Shown one piece after another: positions 1 through 8,853 of a DNA stretch of 64,000 nucleotides; within the stretch, counting starts at the first letter, position 1, and the number at the start of each line of letters is the position of its first letter. The DNA comes from an uncultured Chloroflexia bacterium (GTDB taxonomy: Bacteria; Chloroflexota; Anaerolineae; CG2-30-64-16). The stretch covers positions 81,124-145,123 of the forward strand of contig CAWIPK010000007.1 in the NCBI GenBank assembly GCA_963837925.1, in the 5' to 3' direction. The notes beneath the pieces are model-generated. The model had not been told where the DNA came from. It saw only the letters and a program-made list of their open reading frames with translations, and did no database searches. The position numbers were made by a program, and so were the translations under genes.

Positions 1-449
1 GCGCGGTCCAGCTATTCGTCGAAGTGGACCAGGAGGCCCATTTCTTCACCTTCCATCAAGATCCGCTCTACACGTGTGCCCTGCAGCAGATGGCGCTGTT
101 CGACATCATTGTCAACAATGCCGACCGCAAGGGCGGGCACTGCCTGGGAGCAGGCGGCGGACGAGTATGGGCCATCGATCACGGTGTCTGCTTCAACGCG
201 GAACCAAAACTGCGCACGGTCATCTGGGATTTCGCCGGACAGCCGATCCCGGTAGAACTGGCCTCTGACCTGGCGCGCTTCCAGTCCGACCTGTCCCGGC
301 CGGATTGTCCGACCATGCGCCAACTGTCGGGCTTGCTAGCGAGCAGGGAAATCTCGGCCATGCGCCTGCGCCTGTCGGCTCTGGTGGCGTCTGGCCACTT
401 TCCCGAGCCGCCCGAAGACCGCCGTCCGTTCCCATGGCCGCTGGTATAG
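1..449 (+). CDS. C-terminal part of a PI3/PI4-kinase-like (SCO1664-type) protein; the 5' end lies outside the window
   Basis: The frame is open from the window edge, with no stop between nt 3 and the first listed codon at 24. Kinase-like motifs NNADRKGGHCL and WAIDHGVCF are present. Stop at 447-449. Confidence 0.5.
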   Translation, partial: AVQLFVEVDQEAHFFTFHQDPLYTCALQQMALFDIIVNNADRKGGHCLGAGGGRVWAIDHGVCFNAEPKLRTVIWDFAGQPIPVELASDLARFQSDLSRPDCPTMRQLSGLLASREISAMRLRLSALVASGHFPEPPEDRRPFPWPLV

Positions 450-474
450 AGACGGCTCCCGCCCCGGGTGCCTG

Positions 475-939
475 GTGAACGGCGACACTCAGATCGCCCC
501 GACCAAGCTCGCGATCACGCACGATCTGGCGATCCCTTTGACGGAGCTGACCTACCGTTTCAGTCGCAGCAGTGGGCCGGGCGGCCAGCATGTGAACCGC
601 AGCGAGACCCGCGTCGAACTCCTGTTTGACCTGGCCCATTCCCCCAGCCTGTCCGATACGCAGCGCGACCGTCTTCTGACGCGCCTGGGGCACTACGTCG
701 ACTCCGAGGGCACCCTGCACCTCTTCTCTTCGCTGACGCGCAGCCAGTTGGCCAATCGTGAGGATGTGACGGCACGCTTCCAAGCCCTGCTGAGGGCCGG
801 GCTGCACGAACGCAAGCATCGCCTGCCCACGCAGCCGACGGCCGGCGGACGCGAGCGGCGCCTACGCGCCAAGCGCCGCCGCTCGGCGATCAAGCAGACT
901 CGCCGCACGGCCCCCGGCGACGACTGGGAAGGCGGCTGA
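475..939 (+). CDS. arfB: Alternative ribosome-rescue factor ArfB (ICT1-type peptidyl-tRNA hydrolase)
   Basis: GGQ motif within SSGPGGQHVNRSETRVEL, followed by a basic C-terminal tail (RRLRAKRRRSAIKQTRR). The size of about 150 aa fits the family. Confidence 0.8.
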   Translation: MNGDTQIAPTKLAITHDLAIPLTELTYRFSRSSGPGGQHVNRSETRVELLFDLAHSPSLSDTQRDRLLTRLGHYVDSEGTLHLFSSLTRSQLANREDVTARFQALLRAGLHERKHRLPTQPTAGGRERRLRAKRRRSAIKQTRRTAPGDDWEGG

Positions 940-960
940 GACGCGACGGGCGAGGATCTT

Positions 961-1818
961 TCAGAGGTCCAGCACCATTTCGATCTGGCGCAGGCTGACG
1001 AGGAAGCGCAGGGCCGCCAGGATGCGGTTCAGTTGATCATCGGCCGGAACATTGGTGATCGATAGGCTGCTCCCGAGGTGGACGGCAGCGAGGGCCTGGA
1101 GCAGGAGCCGCCCCGGCAGCAGCAAGCCCGCCTCGGGGTTGATCCCCACGTCCACCAGAGCGACGGCGTCCTCGCGGCCACCGACGATGCAGTAACCCGC
1201 CGGCCGGGCCTGGTAGTCCAGCCGGTAGCCCCGTAACGGCCCGGCGATCTTGCGCAAGCTGCTCAGTTCCCGCTGCCAGCAGGGGGGCTGGCTGTGCCAG
1301 GCCCCGAAGTTATCGAGCAACTGCTGAGAGGGAACCTGGACGAGCCGCTCGAAGGGGATCGGCAGCGGATCGGCGTCGCCCGGCCGTTGCCAGCACAACA
1401 GCTCACGCACCTCGCGAAAGCCCAACGAGTGATACAACTGCCAGGCCGCCCGGTTTTGCGCGATCACCTCGAGGGTGATCTGCCTGGCTCCGGCGGCGCG
1501 TGCCTGGTCGATCAGCCACTCGACCATGGAACGGGCAACGCCCCGTCTCCGCCAGGACGGCACGACACCTACCCCGCTGATCCAGGCCCGCCGGTCCCGC
1601 AATGAAAGCAGCGCCATGCCGACCGTTTCCCAGCGTGTGCGCGCCACCACCGAGCGCAATAGCACGATATCGTAACAGCGGTCCATCAACTCCAGTTGGT
1701 CCTGCGTCACGCGGGTGGGCACGAAGTAATCGCTGTAGGCAGCATTCATGACCGCCACGCGCTGCGCCGCCGACACGCGGCTGGCCGGCATTAACTGGAC
1801 GCCCGCTACCTCCGACAT
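961..1818 (-). CDS. GNAT-family N-acetyltransferase
   Basis: Acetyl-CoA binding block VGVVPSWRRRGVARSMVEWLIDQA plus ITLEVIAQNRAAWQLYHSLGF. I prefer the ATG at 1818 (MSEVAG...) because GAGAGGAG lies 5 nt upstream. The ORF track starts earlier, at 1875. Confidence 0.75.
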   Translation of the reverse strand: MSEVAGVQLMPASRVSAAQRVAVMNAAYSDYFVPTRVTQDQLELMDRCYDIVLLRSVVARTRWETVGMALLSLRDRRAWISGVGVVPSWRRRGVARSMVEWLIDQARAAGARQITLEVIAQNRAAWQLYHSLGFREVRELLCWQRPGDADPLPIPFERLVQVPSQQLLDNFGAWHSQPPCWQRELSSLRKIAGPLRGYRLDYQARPAGYCIVGGREDAVALVDVGINPEAGLLLPGRLLLQALAAVHLGSSLSITNVPADDQLNRILAALRFLVSLRQIEMVLDL

Positions 1819-2065
1819 CGGCACTCCTCTCGTCAGACCAGATTTCAGCATAGCACAGCGGGTGCGCGCAGTCAATCCGATCGCAGCTTCGCAGCTTCCC
1901 CAGCTTCCCCGCTTCCTCGAGCGCTATCCCCCGTTCAGGCGGAGGCAAACCGGTCCTGGCGGCCGATCGGCAAGCTCGGCCGGCCGCCCGTGCCGCAGGC
2001 ATCGAAAGCCGTTTGGAGGTGAGCTCAGGGAGGTGAGAAGCGCAGCCGAGGGAGTGGCCCTGCGT

Positions 2066-2074
2066 GTGTTATAA
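2066..2074 (+). promoter_or_regulatory. Extended -10 promoter element TGtTATAAT
   Basis: An exact TGnTATAAT in an intergenic stretch upstream of the HExxH protein gene. Such an AT-rich hexamer is rare in this GC-rich DNA. Confidence 0.4.
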
Positions 2075-2156
2075 TCCGCCCGTGGTCACGTCTGTGTCGC
2101 CGCAAGTTGAACATGTCCCCGCGAACCGCAGAAGCCAGGCGGGCGCAGGGGCGAAG

Positions 2157-3410
2157 GTGAGCGCGCGCCTGTTCCTGGTCGTCTTCCTGGTGCTGCTCGC
2201 CACGGGCCTGCCCAGCGATGGCTACCTCGGCGCGGCCAGGACGGAGCTCGCTATCAACCAGGCGGTCGGCGACCAGGGCTTCCGCCTGGGGGCCTGGGAG
2301 GTCCAGGCGCTCGAGCAGAAGGCCCACGACTTCTTCACTCGTCCGGGCGACGAGCTTTCCGTCATCCGGCGGCATGACCTGGTGGTCACCTACTTCCGCA
2401 CCATCGATTGGGCCAACCACCTATCCGACCAGATCCAAGCCGTTCATGCCGATCCAGGGCAGACCGACCCGGACGCGGCCGCCGCCCCACTGCAGGTTGA
2501 ACTGGATGCCGTGCGGGCCGAGCAGGCGGCGCGCCGGCCGGCCGTCGAACGGATCCTGCAGGAACAGGTGGCCACGGTGCTGGACGAGGTGGGACTGGGC
2601 ATCGGGGGAGCGGTCTGGCCACCGGTGGTGTTCCAGTTCACCGCAGGACCCGACCAGTTGATCATCTCGCCCCGCGATCGCATCCGCATCCAGCAGACGA
2701 TCCTTATGGTGCCCGACCAGCCGGTCAGCAACATGGAGCGCGTCGAGGCCGAAGCCGAACAACAGCCCAATGTCAGCGCGCTGGTGGAAGGCATCGGGGG
2801 ACTGGGCGCTTACCCGACCATGGTCATCCCCGTGTCCGATCTGTCCTGGGTAGCCGACACGATCGCGCATGAGTGGACACATACCTACCTTGAATTTCGG
2901 CCCTTGGGCCTGCACTACAGTGACAACGGCGATACGCGCACGCTCAACGAGACTGTCGCCTCGATTGTCGGCAGCGAGATCGGCCGGGCGGTGATCCAGC
3001 GCTACTATCCCGAGCTCGTCCCGCCCGCGCCCCCGCAGCCGGCCCCGCCGGCAAGGCCCGGCCAGGCCGAGGCCGCAGCGCGTCCGGCTTTCGACTACGG
3101 GCAGACCATGCGCGAGACACGCCTGCACGTCGACGACTTGCTGGCCAAGGGCCGGGTGAACGAAGCGGAAACCTACATGGAGCAGCAGCGCAGGCTCCTG
3201 TGGGAGCACGGCTATCAGATCCGTAAACTCAACCAGGCATACTTTGCTTTTCACGGTTCCTACGCGGTCGGACCGGGCGCGACGGACCCCATCGGGGACA
3301 AGCTGCGGACCCTGCGGCAGCGGAGCCCCGACCTGCTGGCCTTCGTGCGCACCGTCGCCCATATTACCTCGGTTCAGGAACTGGACGCGGCGCTGGCGCA
3401 GGGTGGATGA
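2157..3410 (+). CDS. Membrane-anchored putative zinc metallopeptidase (HExxH motif); otherwise hypothetical
   Basis: N-terminal hydrophobic helix LFLVVFLVLLATGL and HEWTH within TIAHEWTHTY. The start is uncertain. The ORF track opens at 2064, but that lies upstream of the predicted -10 at 2069-2074, so I chose the in-frame GTG at 2157. Confidence 0.55.
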   Translation: MSARLFLVVFLVLLATGLPSDGYLGAARTELAINQAVGDQGFRLGAWEVQALEQKAHDFFTRPGDELSVIRRHDLVVTYFRTIDWANHLSDQIQAVHADPGQTDPDAAAAPLQVELDAVRAEQAARRPAVERILQEQVATVLDEVGLGIGGAVWPPVVFQFTAGPDQLIISPRDRIRIQQTILMVPDQPVSNMERVEAEAEQQPNVSALVEGIGGLGAYPTMVIPVSDLSWVADTIAHEWTHTYLEFRPLGLHYSDNGDTRTLNETVASIVGSEIGRAVIQRYYPELVPPAPPQPAPPARPGQAEAAARPAFDYGQTMRETRLHVDDLLAKGRVNEAETYMEQQRRLLWEHGYQIRKLNQAYFAFHGSYAVGPGATDPIGDKLRTLRQRSPDLLAFVRTVAHITSVQELDAALAQGG

Positions 3411-3553
3411 CGCGGGTCGGGGCGCGTGGGCCGGCGACCTCGCTGCACCGGGCCCCGGCCGTCCGGCACGATGCCGGACCTACGACCGAGGGGTGATTTA
3501 GGGCACGTTTGTAACGTACCGGCTCCGCCATGACACGCGAGAGAACAACGGCC

Positions 3554-4711
3554 CTAACGCCGGCGGGACTCGTCGCTCACCAGCCCGGCACTGAATGCCC
3601 TCGCGGTGGCGGCGGCACGCGAATCTACGTCCAACTTTTCGAAGATCGACTTGAGGTAGCGCTTGACGGTGTTGGTCGAGATGACCATCGCGTTGGCAAT
3701 GCCCTTGTTGGTCAGCCCCTGCGCCAACAAGGCCAGCACCTCGCGCTCCCGGCGTGTCAGCTCCGGCAGGGCGTTCTCCTCGGGCGTCCCAGCCGCGACT
3801 TCGGCCAGGGCGGCCAGGAAACCGGAGCGCTCGAAGCCCTGTTTTTCAAGAAACGCCGCCACGCCGTAATCCCCGTACGCCTGTTCGACGTTCTCGCGAG
3901 TACCCCGGCCGCTGACCACGATCGCCGGTATCCCCGCCGCCTGGGCCTTTTCCAGCACGCGGCAGCCGTCCCGGTTCGCGACCGGCTCCAGCGAATTGGC
4001 CAGCGACAGATCGACCACGGCCACGGTATAGCGCCCACGCCGCAGACAGCCAAAGGCCTCCGCATAACTGCTGCACTCGCGCACCCGGTAGCCCGCCTCG
4101 ACGAGCAGCTCGCGCAGGATGCCCCGCCAACCGGCATCGTCTTCAACCACGAGGGCGCCGGGGCTGGCCTTCGTCGCGCCCGGGCCGCCGGTGGAAGCCC
4201 CGCCGCGGCCGGCCCCGGTCGGAGAAGGCGCCGCGGCACCAACCTGCACCCCGAGGCCTGGATCCGAGCGCGGCCCGGGTGGGATGGGCGTTTCGGTCCC
4301 GGGCGGCGCGGGGAGGGAAGCCAGGGCCAGGGCCTGACGCAGCACGTCCCGAAACTGAGCCCTCCGGAAGGTCTCCTTCCGCAGACAGGTGAAGGCGCCG
4401 TGCTCCCTGAGCGCGCTGACTGCCAATTCGACAGTGGCAAAACCGGTCAGCAGCACCGGCACGCAGGTGGGATCTGAGCGGCGCAGGGCGTCGAGGACCC
4501 GCAGGCCCTCCTGGTTGTGGTAGTCGGCAGCGTCAAGCGACAGGTCGACGACGGCCAGGCGGTGCGCGCCGGCGCGCAGCGCGGCCAGCGCCGCTTGAAG
4601 GTCCGCGGCGACGTCCACCTCAAGCCCGACGTCGGCCAGGATCTCGCCCAAAAGCGCCTGCCAGGCGGACTCGTCCTCAACCACCAGCGCGCGCGCCGGA
4701 GACTCGTTCAC
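3554..4711 (-). CDS. Response regulator with two receiver domains and a C-terminal LuxR-type HTH
   Basis: REC1 is ALVVEDES...LAVVDLSL...VLLTG and REC2 is ALVVEDDA...VAVVDLSL...IVVSG. The HTH is LTRREREVLALLAQGLTNKGIANAMVISTNTVKRYLKSIFEKL. The GTG start at 4711-4709 overlaps the kinase stop (GTGA), which suggests translational coupling. Confidence 0.85.
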   Translation of the reverse strand: MNESPARALVVEDESAWQALLGEILADVGLEVDVAADLQAALAALRAGAHRLAVVDLSLDAADYHNQEGLRVLDALRRSDPTCVPVLLTGFATVELAVSALREHGAFTCLRKETFRRAQFRDVLRQALALASLPAPPGTETPIPPGPRSDPGLGVQVGAAAPSPTGAGRGGASTGGPGATKASPGALVVEDDAGWRGILRELLVEAGYRVRECSSYAEAFGCLRRGRYTVAVVDLSLANSLEPVANRDGCRVLEKAQAAGIPAIVVSGRGTRENVEQAYGDYGVAAFLEKQGFERSGFLAALAEVAAGTPEENALPELTRREREVLALLAQGLTNKGIANAMVISTNTVKRYLKSIFEKLDVDSRAAATARAFSAGLVSDESRRR

Positions 4712-6696
4712 GGGCGGGGCTCCGCGCAGGGCAGGCTCAGCCGGAACGTGGTGCCGGTCTTGCCGTCGCTCTCGACCTGGATCGAGCCCCCCAGGCGCGC
4801 CATCAGCGTCTTGACCCACCACAGGCCGAAGCCCAGCTTGCCACGCTTTGCCGCCTTGCGGACCGAGAAGTTGAACTCGAAGATGCGCTCCTGCAGTTCG
4901 GCCGGGATGCCGGGGCCGTTGTCGCCGACCGATAACAGTACCCGCCCGCCCTCGGCAGTCGCCCGGATGAGCACCGTGCCCTGGCCGTCCATGGCCTCGG
5001 CCGCGTTCTGCAGAAGGTTGATAATCACCAGGACCAGGCTCTGCTGTCCGGCGGCCACCGGCGGCACACTCTCCAGCCCATCGCTCTCGACCCGTATGCC
5101 GGCCGGCAAGGAAGCCGAGACCAGGGCGCTGGCGACACAAGCCGCCAGGCTGACCGGCACGAGCTGAATAGGATGCAAGAGCGAGAGGCTGTCGCGCACG
5201 GCAGACATCGCCTCTGCGGCGCTGCGCTCGATCTCGGCCAGGTTGGAGGCGAGATAGGGGTTGGCAGTCAGGACGGCCCCGTACTTGTCCTGGATGCCCT
5301 CGACTCGCACGGGGATCGTCCCGACCTTGTTGTTGAGGTGGTGCAGCAGATTGGCGGCAATGTCGCCCAGGGCGGCGAAAGTCTCCGCCACCGCACGCTG
5401 CTCCTGAGCCTGGCCCAACGCTTCCTGCCGGCGGGCGTTGTGCAGCGCCAGGCCGGCATAATGGGCCAGGATGCTGAGCACTTTCTTGTCCCAGTCCGAC
5501 TGACCAAAGCTGTCGTCGCGCGCCTGGCCACTGTACACGGCGAAAGCGCCCAGCGACTCGCCATCCTCACCGCTGACCACAGGCACCACCAGCGCACCGA
5601 CCCAGCCTTCGGCCAAAGCCAGGTCGAGGCGGGCAAAGCGCGGGTCGGCGCGCACATCGCTGGCCATCACGGCTTCACGGTCGAGAACGGCCTGCCCGGC
5701 CAGGCTGCGGCGCAGGGGCAGCGGGTCGCCCGGACGGTGGCGCCGGGCCGAGGCGCGCAAGGCCAGTTGTTCGCCCTGCACCGTCCATAGTGCGCTCGAG
5801 CGGGCGTTGAGCAGCTCGCAAGCCAGTTCGGTCAGGCGATCCAGCACGCGCTGGTACGGCCGGATCATCAGCAGGCTGGCGATTTCCTGGAGCGCATCCA
5901 ACAGCCGCGCCTGCTGGATGGCGATGCTGGCCTGCGTTGCCAGAGACTGCAGCAGATGGCTGTCCTGCTCGCTGAAGGCTCCTGCCACCGGGCTCTCCAG
6001 GTTCAGGACCCCTTCGAGGTGCCCGTTGGCGCCGAGCAGGGGCACCGTAAGCTCCGAACGCATGGTCAGGTCGCGGTCGAGAGGATAGTAGACGCGCACC
6101 CAGGGGTCGGCCTGGAGATCGGGGATGCACAGCGGTTGGCCATGGCGCGCCACCCAGCCCGTGACGCTGGTGCTATCGACCGGCAGCGGCTCGGTGGCGG
6201 GTTGGCCGAAATGTTCACCGGCGATGGCACGCGTTACCAGGAAGCGCCCGCTCTCGTCGAGGAGGCGGAAAATGCCGTAGCGCCCGTTGGTGACGTCCAG
6301 CGCCATCTGCAGGATCGCTTCGAGCGTTTCTTCGAGCCGCAGCCGGGAAGAAATGAGCAGCCCGGCCTTACGCAGGCGGGTCAGCTCGTCGTCCTTGCGC
6401 GCCAGGTCGCGCTGTACTCCGGCCAACTGGCGGGCGTGATAGACGGTCGTCGCGGCCTGGTTGACGAAGTTTCCCAGCATGAGCAGCTCGAGCTGGCTGA
6501 AGGAGCGGGCCTCGCGCAGGTAGACGTACAGTACCCCGACACAGTCCCCGGCCACGACCAGGGGAAAAGCGGCCATGCTCTTGGCGCCGGCCGCGACCTT
6601 GGCGGGGTGAATGCCCGGATCGACTTCCTCGTACGATAGCATCGGCCGGCGCGGCATGAATGGCGCGCATGCCGAGGCCATCCGGCCTCGGCTCAT
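4708..6696 (-). CDS. Multi-GAF sensor histidine kinase (main body; the N-terminus appears frameshifted, see 6657-7015)
   Basis: Repeated GAF-like segments, an H-box region ANLLHHLNNKVGTI, and ATPase motifs LLQNAAEAM (N box), DNGPGI (G1) and GFGLWW (G2). Confidence 0.85.
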   Translation of the reverse strand: MSRGRMASACAPFMPRRPMLSYEEVDPGIHPAKVAAGAKSMAAFPLVVAGDCVGVLYVYLREARSFSQLELLMLGNFVNQAATTVYHARQLAGVQRDLARKDDELTRLRKAGLLISSRLRLEETLEAILQMALDVTNGRYGIFRLLDESGRFLVTRAIAGEHFGQPATEPLPVDSTSVTGWVARHGQPLCIPDLQADPWVRVYYPLDRDLTMRSELTVPLLGANGHLEGVLNLESPVAGAFSEQDSHLLQSLATQASIAIQQARLLDALQEIASLLMIRPYQRVLDRLTELACELLNARSSALWTVQGEQLALRASARRHRPGDPLPLRRSLAGQAVLDREAVMASDVRADPRFARLDLALAEGWVGALVVPVVSGEDGESLGAFAVYSGQARDDSFGQSDWDKKVLSILAHYAGLALHNARRQEALGQAQEQRAVAETFAALGDIAANLLHHLNNKVGTIPVRVEGIQDKYGAVLTANPYLASNLAEIERSAAEAMSAVRDSLSLLHPIQLVPVSLAACVASALVSASLPAGIRVESDGLESVPPVAAGQQSLVLVIINLLQNAAEAMDGQGTVLIRATAEGGRVLLSVGDNGPGIPAELQERIFEFNFSVRKAAKRGKLGFGLWWVKTLMARLGGSIQVESDGKTGTTFRLSLPCAEPRP

Positions 6697-7015
6697 CGCC
6701 GACCGGATGCGGCGCGGGGTCCTCGGCGCCGGTCGCCTCGTCCGTCAACTCCCCGGCGGAGACGCGGGAAGAAGCTTCAAAGACGCCGCGTGCTTCATCG
6801 TAGGTGTAGATCACCGCCGACGAGCCGGCGACCATCTGGACGGCGCTATCCACGATCATGCCCAGCGTGGCCTGCGTACCGGCCCGGTCGCCGGCACCGG
6901 CCTGGTTGACCGCGGCACCGATATGATTCAGCTTCGCCAGCGCGTCCAGAAGCTCGGCCACGGCGTCGTCGGGCCGGGCAGCAGCGGAAACGGATATCGC
7001 GTGCTCCATGCTCAT
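6657..7015 (-). CDS. N-terminal GAF fragment of the same kinase, in a different frame
   Basis: MSMEHAISV...IYTYDEARGVFEASSRV...GDEPRPDGLGMRAIHAA reads like the first half of a GAF domain. Its second half (RPMLSYEEVDPGIHPAKVAAGAKSMAAFPLVV) continues in the 4708-6696 frame. Beyond about 6650 the upstream frame degenerates into an Arg/Gly/Pro-rich out-of-frame tail. Confidence 0.5.
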
Positions 7016-7070
7016 AGTATAGCAGATCGCCCCTAAAGAGCGATGTCCTCTATCCCAACCCCCGTTTGTC

Positions 7071-7105
7071 AGAGGCCGGGCTCCCGCAAGGGAAGCCCGG
7101 CCTCT
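7071..7105 (-). terminator. Hairpin downstream of glnA (12-bp perfect stem AGAGGCCGGGCT / AGCCCGGCCTCT); no clear U tract
   Basis: A perfect inverted repeat about 70 nt after the glnA stop. The lack of a U-run lowers confidence that it is an intrinsic terminator. Confidence 0.4.
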
Positions 7106-7176
7106 CCGATGTCTCAGGTCATGCCCGGAAGCCCGCTCCCCGAACGCAGGGGCGCAAGGCTGGCACAGATCCTGGC

Positions 7177-8703
7177 TTACACGTCGTAGTACATCACGTA
7201 TTCATAGGGGTGCGTGCGCAGGCGGATCGGGTCGACGTCGTTCTTCATCTTCCAATCGATCCAGGTCTGGATCAGATCCTCGGTGAAGACACCGCCGCGC
7301 AGCAAGAACTCATGATCCTCGGCCAGGTGGTTCAGCACCGCTTCCAGCGAGCCCGGCACCTGCGGCACGTCGGGATGCTTTCCCTCGTAGAGGTCCATGT
7401 CCATCGGCTTGCCCGGCTCGATGCAGTTGAGGATGCCGTCGATGCCTGCCATCAGCATGGACGAGAAGGCCAGGTAAGGATTGGTGCTCGGGTCCGGGCA
7501 GCGGTACTCGACACGCTTGGCGTTCGGGCTATCCGAGTAGGCCGGGATGCGGATACAGGCCGAGCGGTTGCGGTTGCTGTAGGCCATCATCACGGGTGCT
7601 TCATAACCGGGAACCAGGCGCTTGTAGCTGTTGGTGGTCGGCGCGCAGATCGCCAGTAGGGCAGGTGTGTGCTTGAGAAGCCCGCCGATATACCAGCGGG
7701 CGACGTCGCTCAGGCCGGCGTAAGTGCCCTCCTCGAAAAACAGGTTCGTGCCGTTCTTCCAGAGGCTCTGGTGGCAGTGCATGCCATTGCCGTTGTCGCC
7801 GAACATCGGCTTCGGCATGAAGGTGACCGTCTTGCCGTAGGCGACGGCCACGTTCTTGAGGATGTACTTGTACCACTGAAGCTGGTCGGCAGCCTTGACC
7901 ATCTCGGCATATTTGAGGTCGATTTCCTGCTGGCCGGCCGAGGCAACCTCGCCGTGGTGCACCTCGACGTCCATTCCCACGGCCATCATGCGCAGGATCG
8001 CTTCTGAGCGCCAGTCCTGCATGGCATCCACCGGCGGCACGCGGAAATAACCCATCTTGTGCTCCGGCCGGTAGCCAAGGTTCGGACCCAGGCGCGCATC
8101 TCCTGCCCGCCCCTGTTCCCACTGGCCCATGTCGCTCTCGACGCGGAAGTGGGCACCGTTGGTCGTGTAGTCGAAGCTGACCCCGTCCAGCACGAAGAAC
8201 TCGGCCTCGGGACCCCAATTGCTGCAGTCGGCGATCCCGGTCTCATGCAGATAGCGGTCGGCCTTGGTGGCCACCCAGCGCGCGTCCTTGTTGTACGGCT
8301 CATGTTTGGACGGATCGAAGATATTGCAAGTCAGGCTGAGGGTCGGAACCTGCATCACCGGATCGACGACGGCGGTGGACAGGTCAGGCATCAAGATCAT
8401 GTCCGATTCGGCGATGCCCTGGAACGCCCGGATGCTGGAACCGTCAAAGCCCAGCCCGTCCTTGAAGACGTCTTGGGTCAATTGGTGGACCGGCGTGCTG
8501 AAATGATGCCAGCGTCCGAACAGGTCGGTGAACTTGAAGTCGACGATCATCAAACCGCGGCGCCGGATGTAGCCCTGCAGTTCGTCATAATCGGCCGGCC
8601 GTTCGATGTTTGGGGTGATGATGAAGGGGTCCTTGCCTTCCGTCGCCTGCCGGCCATATGCCAGTCCCGCAATCTCGTCGATCGTCCGCATCTTGTTTGC
8701 CAT
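7177..8703 (-). CDS. glnA: Glutamine synthetase, type I
   Basis: Full-length match to the GSI pattern, including FDGSSI, MPKPMFGDNGNGMHCHQSLW, NSYKRLVPGYEAP and SNRNRSACIRIP. Confidence 0.95.
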   Translation of the reverse strand: MANKMRTIDEIAGLAYGRQATEGKDPFIITPNIERPADYDELQGYIRRRGLMIVDFKFTDLFGRWHHFSTPVHQLTQDVFKDGLGFDGSSIRAFQGIAESDMILMPDLSTAVVDPVMQVPTLSLTCNIFDPSKHEPYNKDARWVATKADRYLHETGIADCSNWGPEAEFFVLDGVSFDYTTNGAHFRVESDMGQWEQGRAGDARLGPNLGYRPEHKMGYFRVPPVDAMQDWRSEAILRMMAVGMDVEVHHGEVASAGQQEIDLKYAEMVKAADQLQWYKYILKNVAVAYGKTVTFMPKPMFGDNGNGMHCHQSLWKNGTNLFFEEGTYAGLSDVARWYIGGLLKHTPALLAICAPTTNSYKRLVPGYEAPVMMAYSNRNRSACIRIPAYSDSPNAKRVEYRCPDPSTNPYLAFSSMLMAGIDGILNCIEPGKPMDMDLYEGKHPDVPQVPGSLEAVLNHLAEDHEFLLRGGVFTEDLIQTWIDWKMKNDVDPIRLRTHPYEYVMYYDV

Positions 8704-8853
8704 ATCTCTGCGCGCTCCTCAGTTTCGCGATGGTTTAGCCTGCTGCCAGCCAAAAGGTAACCCCGGGGTGCAACCCCCAGGGCCCGAGACCCAGTGATTT
8801 TACCACCGCTGCGGAACGGCAGCTACTACCCATTTGGGTACTATGCTGAGGGG

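Noticed and set aside
8704-8853. A glutamine riboswitch (glnA RNA motif) or other structured leader upstream of glnA.
   Set aside because: Only short, imperfect GC-rich hairpins are present, and these are more probably the dinB terminator region. I could not recognise the conserved glnA-motif core.
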